A DNA stretch of 64,000 nt. It comes from an uncultured Acidobacteriaceae bacterium (GTDB taxonomy: Bacteria; Acidobacteriota; Terriglobia; Terriglobales; Acidobacteriaceae). The position numbers were made by a program, and so were the translations under genes. How positions within the stretch are numbered: position 1 is the stretch's first letter; the number at the start of each line of letters is the position of its first letter. The stretch lies in contig CAVQNY010000010.1 in assembly GCA_963714225.1 (NCBI GenBank), positions 59,002 to 123,001 of the forward strand, read 5' to 3'. This document shows, one piece after another, positions 57,407 through 64,000 of the stretch. Below the pieces are notes generated by a model that saw only the letters and a program-made list of their open reading frames with translations, did not search any database and had not been told where the DNA came from.

Positions 57407-59122
57407 ATGCGACGCTCCCAGCTCAGCATCGAATCTCTTCAGGTCCACACCGTCCACTTTCTAACCATCGGGATAGCGATCGCGCTCTTTGCTATGTTTC
57501 CCGTGAGCGCCGGCGCGACTACTCCACAACTCACGGCTTCACCCGCGAGCCTTGCATTTGGCTGGGTCGTTGTTGGTCAGACCGAAACCTTGCTGGTTAC
57601 CCTGACGAATAACGGACAGACGAGTGTGAGGGTCTCGGGAATGGCGGTGAGTCACTCCCAATTCACGGTCTCCAAATCGGGCGTGCCGCTGGTCCTGCCT
57701 GCAGGACAGAGTGTCGATTTCAATGTGAGCTTCACACCCACGATGGGAGTGACGAGAGGAACCGTCGAATTCTCCAGCGACGCCTCGAACCCTACCCTTG
57801 TGCTTGACGTCCGGGGGGGCGGCACGACCAGCGTGTCCCTGACCGCCAGTCCTTCCACTGTGCGATTTGGCCCAGTAGCGATAGGAGCCAGTTCCACCGT
57901 GCCGGTCGTGCTCAGGAACGATCGTTCCTGGGAACTAACTCTCCGGGGCGCCCGCACAACGGGTAGCGGATTCTCGGTGAGCGGCGCCTCATTCCCTTTG
58001 ACTCTGAACCCAGGACAAAACGTCACATTGAACGTCAGCTTCGCCCCGCAATCTGCCGGAACCGTCGGAGGCAGCCTGTTTGTTTCTAGAAACTGGGGGC
58101 GGTTGCGTGAAAAAGTCTTGACCCAAACTGGAATCTCATCCGGAAAGTCCCCCCACGGGAAGGATGTTCCAATCAGTCTAACGGCTTTCCCTACTAGGGT
58201 CGCGCTGACCGTACCCCTCACGGGCACGGGCGCGGGAACCACCCCGACCGTTGGCTCTTTGACCCTCGCTCCAACGCTGGTTAACTTCGGCAATGTGAAG
58301 GAGGGAACAACCCAGACGCTGCCGATGACCATCCGCGCCACCGGCGCAAGTGTCATCGTATCTTCCGCCAGCAGCAGCAGTTCCCAATTTGTCCTGCAGG
58401 GCGCGTCCTTCCCGCTGACGCTCGCCTCGGGCCAGAGCCTGTCCTTTAAGGTGGCCTTTACGCCACAAAGCAGCGGGACGGTGACTGGCTCTCTCAGTTT
58501 TGCCAGTGATGCCTCCGACTCGCAGGCGCTTGCGTCTGTTACCGGCTCCGGCACGACCCCCACCGCCGTTGGCTCTTTGACCCTCGCTCCAACGCTGGTT
58601 AGCTTCGGCAATGTGAAGGAGGGAACAACCCAGACGCTGCCGATGACCATCCGCGCCACCGGCGCAAGTGTCACCGTATCTTCCGCCAGCAGCAGCAGTT
58701 CCGAATTTGTCCTGCAGGGCGTGTCTTTCCCGCTGACGCTCGCCTCGGGCCAGAGCCTGTCCTTTAACGTGGCCTTTACACCACAAAGCAGCGGGACGGT
58801 GACTGGCTCTCTCAGTTTTGCCAGTGATGCCTCCGACTCGCAGGCGCTTGCGTCTGTTACCGGCTCCGGCACGGTGACGCCGACGCCGTTCAGCGTCAAC
58901 CTTTCCTGGAATGAGAGCTCTGGCGCGACGGGTTACAACGTCTATCGCAGCACCACTGCGAGCGGGATATATTCCAAGATCAATTCCCCCTTGGACACAG
59001 CCACCTCGTACACCGATAGCACAGTCGTCTCCGGCCAGACATACTACTATGCGGCCACATCGGTGAGTTCCAGCGGACAGGAGAGCGCCCGCTCGACCCC
59101 TGTGGAGGTAGTAATCCCATGA
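57407..59122 (+). CDS. Secreted multi-Ig-domain protein (choice-of-anchor-D-like repeats) ending in a fibronectin type III domain
   Basis: Signal peptide. Five repeats of the pattern L..sP..l.FG.V..G.t....(v/m)t(l/i).N.G...V.(s/v)S......F......FPLTL..GQs....V.F.PqsaG...GsL. Fn3 tail (LSWNESSGATGYNVYRS...GQTYYYAATSV). Confidence 0.8.
   Translation: MRRSQLSIESLQVHTVHFLTIGIAIALFAMFPVSAGATTPQLTASPASLAFGWVVVGQTETLLVTLTNNGQTSVRVSGMAVSHSQFTVSKSGVPLVLPAGQSVDFNVSFTPTMGVTRGTVEFSSDASNPTLVLDVRGGGTTSVSLTASPSTVRFGPVAIGASSTVPVVLRNDRSWELTLRGARTTGSGFSVSGASFPLTLNPGQNVTLNVSFAPQSAGTVGGSLFVSRNWGRLREKVLTQTGISSGKSPHGKDVPISLTAFPTRVALTVPLTGTGAGTTPTVGSLTLAPTLVNFGNVKEGTTQTLPMTIRATGASVIVSSASSSSSQFVLQGASFPLTLASGQSLSFKVAFTPQSSGTVTGSLSFASDASDSQALASVTGSGTTPTAVGSLTLAPTLVSFGNVKEGTTQTLPMTIRATGASVTVSSASSSSSEFVLQGVSFPLTLASGQSLSFNVAFTPQSSGTVTGSLSFASDASDSQALASVTGSGTVTPTPFSVNLSWNESSGATGYNVYRSTTASGIYSKINSPLDTATSYTDSTVVSGQTYYYAATSVSSSGQESARSTPVEVVIP
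58250..58873. repeat. Tandem duplication with a 318-bp period inside the Ig-repeat gene
   Basis: 58250-58555 and 58568-58873 align without gaps. I counted seven substitutions in about 306 bp. Each copy encodes one whole Ig-like module. Confidence 0.9.
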
Positions 59123-59437
59123 ACGCCCGCTTCATGAATGCGGCGGTTCCAGCATCTCGCTAGCTCACCGCGAGACGCACATCGTCAAGAAAGTGAACCA
59201 ACACTCTGTGATCCTGTTTTGGTTTCCGACTTGTCGGATGCGGGTTGGCTGGCAAATGACTGTCGGCGGAGGGACTGGAGGCGATTCGGGTGTACGAGGG
59301 AGAATTTCCGGTCTGCAGCATCGCCTTGGCATCTTCCAGACCCTGGTGCTTGATCTTGATTCCTTACCATGCCGACCATGCCCAGCACAGCCGGTCCAAG
59401 AACTGGCCCGCTACCTTGATCGGGATCGATAAGCTTC

Positions 59438-60370
59438 TTATCTGATTCCTGGTTTTTCCTGCTCACCGCGGCGCACAATCCAGAGCAGCGAGAATATAGC
59501 CGCCAAAGCGATGAGAAAAAAGATGATCCCACCCTGGCGATGAAGTCTACCAGTCAGGTAGCTGGGGTCGACGCGCGTGGCGAGCACCGCGAGGGTAAAT
59601 ATCCGCAGCCCATTCTTGGCGACAGAAAGAGGGATTGCCACGGCGACGACCAAGACCTTTCGCCATAAGGAACGCAAGAGCAACTGCGCCAGAACCATGG
59701 TTGTGACCAGCAGTATCAAGCTCGAACGGATGCTGCTACACTCCGGAGCAACCTCGACAGTCAGGCCTGGAATGTGCACCAGCGTGCCATGTTGCACCAC
59801 CGGGATGCCCGCCGCCAGGAAGAGCAAATGAGCGGCTGCCGCAGAGCCTTGCTGCAGCAGGGTTACGATCGCATTCAACATGAAGTCAGGAAAAGGAACC
59901 ACCCAGAGCAGGAAACAAAGAGGAAACAGGGCGCGCTGGAAGGCACGAGTGCCAAAACAAAGAATAAAAGCTGCGATCCACCACACTACAAACGCCAGCA
60001 TGTTTGCCGAAAGTTGCACATCGGAGGGCAGCGCCACCCATCTCCATCTCACCATAACAGTCGCCAAAACAGCCAGGACCAGCAGGACCGAACCAATGCT
60101 GGCACCCAATCCGGCGGCTGGTTCGGGCGGTTTCCAATCGAGAAAAATCAAGGCCGCGCTAATGGGGAGAATCAGCAGTATGTGCGTGTATTGGTCGTCG
60201 TGCAGCGCCAGGGCGAACGAAGACGTGAGCGGACCCCACCAGACTGCGAGGGAGATTGCGCTGAGAATGGAAACCAATAAAATCGGCGACAATTGGGGAA
60301 TCGATTCCCGGTGCGTGGGATCCCGCACAATGTAGACTCGAACCTGCTTGGCGTGGCTATCAGGCAGCAT
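59438..60370 (-). CDS. Exosortase family protein (EpsH/Xrt-type transpeptidase)
   Basis: Polytopic membrane protein with the exosortase active-site pattern: VEVAPECSSIRSSL (Cys), AKNGLRI (Arg), LHRQGG (His). Start chosen at the ATG at 60370. Confidence 0.83.
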   Translation of the reverse strand: MLPDSHAKQVRVYIVRDPTHRESIPQLSPILLVSILSAISLAVWWGPLTSSFALALHDDQYTHILLILPISAALIFLDWKPPEPAAGLGASIGSVLLVLAVLATVMVRWRWVALPSDVQLSANMLAFVVWWIAAFILCFGTRAFQRALFPLCFLLWVVPFPDFMLNAIVTLLQQGSAAAAHLLFLAAGIPVVQHGTLVHIPGLTVEVAPECSSIRSSLILLVTTMVLAQLLLRSLWRKVLVVAVAIPLSVAKNGLRIFTLAVLATRVDPSYLTGRLHRQGGIIFFLIALAAIFSLLWIVRRGEQEKPGIR

Positions 60371-60860
60371 TCCTTTCACCTTAACACTACCCAACCTCCT
60401 CGAAGAAAAACGTTGGTTCCTGGACTTTGGAAAGGCTCGTATGCGAAATGGCTGCAGCAAAGAACGTGAAGACCGTTGCAATCACTTCAAAGGGCTGATG
60501 GGAGATACGCCCGAAGCAACGTCGCCCTGTGGAAAATGGACCAGCGAGCCACTACCCACAGCTCGTCCAGCTCTAGACGATCGCGAACTTCTTCCGAAGC
60601 GCGGAAAGGAAAGTACCGAGACTCTCATTCTGGCAGGAGGGCAGGGCTCTCATCCGCAAGGTTGGCAGGGAAATCCATTGCCGCTCTGGCCTCGCCATCC
60701 TGCTGCACCTGCTCTGTAGGGCCGACTGTCTTCATCTTGATTCTCGTGCGGTTCTTGCATTGAATTCGGTGCACACACAATTCCGCCGCGGACACCGCCG
60801 GCACTTCAGCCCCGTGGTCGGGAGGCGTCCCAGCGCGTGACTATGGGGTCCGCTGCTAGA

Positions 60861-61112
60861 CTATGCGGCCGTTGGCCTTCTTACAACAATGGGGAGCTCT
60901 TTTTCGGTCGAGGCGAGGGCGCGAACCTCCGACGCTACGCAGATGACGAAGCAAACAACACTGACCTCAAACAGATTCCGCTGTGTCAGTCTGATCGACG
61001 TAAATAGATCCTTGGCAATGTTCAGATGCAGCAGCCCACCACAGAACAACGCGACCCATCCTACGTAATAAGTAATCCTTCCGACTAAATGCAGCCGAGC
61101 AGATCGATCCAT
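60861..61112 (-). CDS. Small hypothetical two-helix membrane protein
   Basis: 83-aa ORF with an ATG start and two hydrophobic helices. No recognisable family. Confidence 0.4.
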   Translation of the reverse strand: MDRSARLHLVGRITYYVGWVALFCGGLLHLNIAKDLFTSIRLTQRNLFEVSVVCFVICVASEVRALASTEKELPIVVRRPTAA

Positions 61113-61334
61113 GATGCTACCCCCTTGCTATTCTCGACGGGACGGTTAGGACTGCCCAAACTAGGTGCAATCGAGCGCAGCGGCATTCTACACCTCGCGG
61201 TCAATTCTGGGACTTGATTATTTGCGACCCCCAAGCTGCGGCGTTCCCTTGGCTGCGCACGCGCGAGAGCGGCAAGTATGTGCATCTCGGCCGAGTGTTG
61301 CCGCGTTTAAGCCCAGCGCGAGCCTCCGAGCTGA

Positions 61335-61883
61335 CTATTTCACCGTGGCCGGCCCCCGGCATAGCGGTGCCGAGGCTCCGGGGACGGAAGGATTGCTCAG
61401 CTTGTCCTTTGGAATTGCGGCAGGTGCCTCGTTTGAGGTGATACTGGCTGTCCCTTTGGCATTGATCGCCCGCACCACGTAATAGTACTTCTTGTCGTTT
61501 ACCACCAAGTCGTCCGCGCAGCTGGTGCCCGGAAATGGTATAGCGTTGACCCGCTCAGGCGATGGGTCCTTAGATTTCACGCCGCGATAGATGCAATAAC
61601 CGATGGCGGCGCCGTGCTGGGAGTCGGCAGGTGCGCTAGCTTTCCAGGAGAGAATCACTCTGTGCCCTCCTTTCCCCTGGAGCGTCAGGGGTGCCCCGGA
61701 AGAGCCGTAGGTGGGGCAGACCGGACCCGCCGGACTCACCGTTTCCGTCGGCCTCGGAGTTGAACCCGGGCCGGGGACAACCGGACTCTTTGTACAACCA
61801 CTATGCAGTGTGCTGACAAGGGCAAGGACCACAACCACTGCAACGACGGGAGTGCTTCTCCTGAGGCCAAGCCTGTTCATCAT
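61335..61883 (-). CDS. Lipoprotein with a fibronectin type III domain
   Basis: Lipobox (LVSTLHSGC). Fn3 pattern (ILSWKASAPADSQHGAAIGYCIYRG...DKKYYYVVRAINAKG). Confidence 0.68.
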   Translation of the reverse strand: MMNRLGLRRSTPVVAVVVVLALVSTLHSGCTKSPVVPGPGSTPRPTETVSPAGPVCPTYGSSGAPLTLQGKGGHRVILSWKASAPADSQHGAAIGYCIYRGVKSKDPSPERVNAIPFPGTSCADDLVVNDKKYYYVVRAINAKGTASITSNEAPAAIPKDKLSNPSVPGASAPLCRGPATVK

Positions 61884-62428
61884 CGATTTCGAACCCGGTC
61901 CTGCAACCTGCGCGTGACAGCGATCACGCGCCACGCCTGGCGTCTGGACACGACCAGCCATTCTAAGCGGAGTATATCTGCCACCAAAGGATCGCACAAC
62001 GCTCTCACCGCTCCACGTTGGATATTGTGTAGCCGACTTCTATGGTGTGCTAGGGCTTTTCATCCCCCGCCTAGCCCGCAAGCCAAGCTGTCGCATTTGC
62101 CTTTAGCGGGGCTATTGTCCGAACCGGCCTCGCTGGCGTTCCGAATTTGCCGAGATACCCCGGTGCGCGCACAGTAAAGCGTCGCAATTCACGCCTCTGA
62201 CTAGCCTCTCTCCGGTATGACCTGAGCCCTGAATTGCGCTGTCGCTAATTCCTGGAACTCATGCCCAATCCTAGCCGGAACTCAAACTGCACCCGTGCCG
62301 GCTGTTCTCAGTCCACTCCCCGAGAAACCACCCAACGACGTTCTGCCTCGGTCATCCTTGTCCGCACGTCGGGAGATCCGCGCCAAATCCTACTCCACCA
62401 AGAGCTCTTTGAGCGCGCCGGGGTAGGC

Positions 62429-63517
62429 TTATTCCTGATAGAACACTCCTCGCACGTAACGAGTAAGTACAGCAGCAAGGCCTTCGAAGTTGGTCGTGAC
62501 CATGTTTAGATGGGTTCCAGGCACGATTTCGACTTCGAACTCAGCCGCCAGGTTAGCCCAAACTGCAACCGGATCACCGGGGAAGTACGTGTCGCTCTCG
62601 CTCTTCACGAACTTTATCTTGCCCCCGTAAAACTTGGGCTGATAACGCGCCAAAGCCACGTAAGCTTTGTCTTTGACGCGCGGAATGGTCTGCGCGAGCG
62701 TTAGCCGAGACCTTTCCGGAAGAGGCGTGCCGGCGCTGTGAACTCCGGCGATGCGCACTCGACGTTGCAGCCCACGAACGAAGTATGACGTTGCACCACG
62801 GGCCGGCAGTTGCTTCATTTCGAAGATGTGGCGCCTTGCCCGTTGCACGATGAGCCGCAGACGTTGACCCGCCGACAGAAAGCGTGGATAAGGGTAGGCG
62901 TCCACCAGCGCAAGCAGACCGACATTTTCTCCGTCCTGGGACAGGCGTTGAGCCATTTCGAGCGCCACCAGACCCCCGAAAGAGTAACCGATCAGGATGT
63001 AAGGACCGTGGGGTTGTAACTCCTTGATCGAATCAAGATAGTACGTGGCCATATCCTCAATGCGATCAAACGGCTCTTCCATTCCATCGAGGCCCATGGC
63101 CTGAATGCCATAGATCGCGTGCCCCGTTCGAATGTGCTTTGCCAGTTTGAAAAACTGCGCGCTGCCCTCCAGTCCATGAGCAATCAGAATCGGGGGCTTT
63201 TCGTGACCAGCCTTCATTTGGACAAACGGCGAAAATCGCGGAAGCGTGGGCTGCTCCAGCAAGCGCGCCAAGGCCGCGATTGTCGGAGTATGGTAGATGG
63301 TCGCGCTCGGCAGTTCGCGGCCGCACTCCTGCGCGATCTCGGCGAACAGCATGTCGGCTAACCGAACATTGCCGCCGATAGCAAAGAAATTGTCGTCAAC
63401 TCCGATGAATGGCCGGGGCAGTACGCGCTGCCAAATCGCGGTTAACATCTCGGCCATTGGGGACGCGGGTTTGGGACTTACGTTGCACCCTGACGTCGTA
63501 GAATCAAAGAGATCCAT
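62429..63517 (-). CDS. Carrier-protein-like domain fused to a type-II-like thioesterase (alpha/beta hydrolase)
   Basis: N-terminal PP-binding-like helix bundle (LTAIWQRVL...GVDDNFFAIGGNVRLADMLFAEI...PTIAALARLL). Thioesterase with GYSFGG, a VDAYP-region Asp and PGTHLNM His. Confidence 0.8.
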   Translation of the reverse strand: MDLFDSTTSGCNVSPKPASPMAEMLTAIWQRVLPRPFIGVDDNFFAIGGNVRLADMLFAEIAQECGRELPSATIYHTPTIAALARLLEQPTLPRFSPFVQMKAGHEKPPILIAHGLEGSAQFFKLAKHIRTGHAIYGIQAMGLDGMEEPFDRIEDMATYYLDSIKELQPHGPYILIGYSFGGLVALEMAQRLSQDGENVGLLALVDAYPYPRFLSAGQRLRLIVQRARRHIFEMKQLPARGATSYFVRGLQRRVRIAGVHSAGTPLPERSRLTLAQTIPRVKDKAYVALARYQPKFYGGKIKFVKSESDTYFPGDPVAVWANLAAEFEVEIVPGTHLNMVTTNFEGLAAVLTRYVRGVFYQE

Positions 63518-63696
63518 TGCACACCAGCGCTGCCGGACCTCTCAATTATATGGGCGAGCGGGTTCAGCAACCAGATCGGGGATCCTCGGCGAGGCAGCGA
63601 TTTTGTAACCAAAGTACCCAACTTTGATTTCACGGTTGAGTGTGAAATCCTACATTCTTCACGGTGCACCTTTTGCAGGGCAGGCTAAAAGGGCCT

Positions 63697-64000
63697 ATGA
63701 TTCAGGCGGAGTATATCTCTACGACAACGCCACTATTCAGCATTGTCATACCAGTTTACGACGATTGGATACCCCTGGATCAATGTCTGCAATCTTTGGT
63801 GCGGCAAACGAACGGCCCTAGCTTCGAAGTCATCATTGTGGACGACGGCAGCACGGAAACTGCTCCAGAATTCATTCGCAGCTCGACCCATGATCACCAG
63901 TTCACAGTAACCCGTCAGTGTCATATGGGGATTCCATCCGCTAGAAATCTGGGGATTCGGACTTCCAAAGGCACAGTATTGCTGTTCGTGGATGCTGACT
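63697..64000 (+). CDS. Family 2 glycosyltransferase, 5' partial (runs off the window)
   Basis: MIQAEYISTTTPLFSIVIPVYDDW...FEVIIVDDGSTE...ARNLGIRTSKGTVLLFVDAD are the GT2 signature motifs. There is no stop before nt 64000. Confidence 0.8.
   Translation, partial: MIQAEYISTTTPLFSIVIPVYDDWIPLDQCLQSLVRQTNGPSFEVIIVDDGSTETAPEFIRSSTHDHQFTVTRQCHMGIPSARNLGIRTSKGTVLLFVDAD

Noticed and set aside
58085-58200. An AT-richer in-frame stretch of about 35 aa (RNWGRLREKVLTQTGISSGKSPHGKDVPISLTAFPT) interrupts the third Ig-like module. I considered a MITE-like insertion.
   Set aside because: I found no terminal inverted repeats or target duplication. It stays in frame without stops, so it may simply be a variable loop or linker.
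59123-59437. Protein-like snippets in several minus-strand frames (for example GIKIKHQGLEDAKAMLQ) downstream of the exosortase. I considered a decayed gene.
   Set aside because: The fragments are too short and unassignable to any family by eye. No start or continuous frame could be reconstructed.
60371-60860. Small ORFs (35-59 aa) upstream of the exosortase, examined as possible PEP-CTERM substrates.
   Set aside because: None has a signal peptide or a C-terminal motif, hydrophobic helix and basic tail.
61967-61979. The 13-mer GCGGAGTATATCT is shared with 63706-63718. I considered a common regulatory box of the exosortase locus.
   Set aside because: Single exact 13-mer matches are expected by chance in a 64-kb window, and the second copy lies inside the GT2 coding sequence.
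62261-62509. 82-aa plus-strand ORF between the Fn3 lipoprotein gene and the thioesterase gene.
   Set aside because: It has no RBS or family resemblance and overlaps the 3' end of the thioesterase gene. It is probably non-coding.

Overview
The window looks like a high-GC chromosomal segment from an Acidobacteriota-like genome. The pointers are TIGR03436-style VWA proteins, a giant CarboxypepD_reg-type TonB-dependent receptor, several ASPIC/UnbV FG-GAP proteins and an exosortase locus. I recognised no rRNA genes, tRNA genes or CRISPR arrays.

Content by position:
- 0.2-6.3 kb: housekeeping genes (M24 peptidase, GNAT, GT39, nrnA, rbfA).
- 6.3-12.3 kb: a plus-strand block that looks AT-richer. 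It holds a serine hydrolase, a Kelch/glyoxal-oxidase-like protein, a decayed phosphoesterase, an IS630 element and an IS5-like fragment. It sits between rbfA and a DUF503 gene.
- 13-27.5 kb: a minus-strand array of TonB-dependent receptor, two TPR proteins, ASPIC/UnbV, two VWA proteins and a GH3 enzyme. It faces a LacI regulator.
- 28.8-35.9 kb: two paralogous seven-heme cytochromes, each next to ASPIC/UnbV genes or gene remnants, plus a GH16 enzyme.
- 36.5-41.8 kb: a tight hexuronate operon (uxaC, exuT-like, LarA-like, gntK, SDR).
- 41.8-45.1 kb: a Tat-exported trio of TIM barrel, Gfo/Idh/MocA and TIM barrel, two of them frameshifted.
- 45.5-52.2 kb: TonB, ornithine cyclodeaminase, and an ABC ATPase with a permease fused to an M1 peptidase.
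- 52.4-54.4 kb: a small molybdopterin-domain-like protein, DUF1634 and TauE.
- 55.2-64 kb: a coiled-coil porin-like protein, an Ig-repeat protein carrying a 318-bp tandem duplication, an exosortase, a carrier-domain/thioesterase protein lacking the carrier serine, and a partial GT2.

Most interesting:
- the recurring heptaheme-cytochrome / ASPIC-UnbV / TPR association;
- a possible LarA-type mannonate-to-gluconate bypass;
- an unusual density of single-nucleotide frameshifts.
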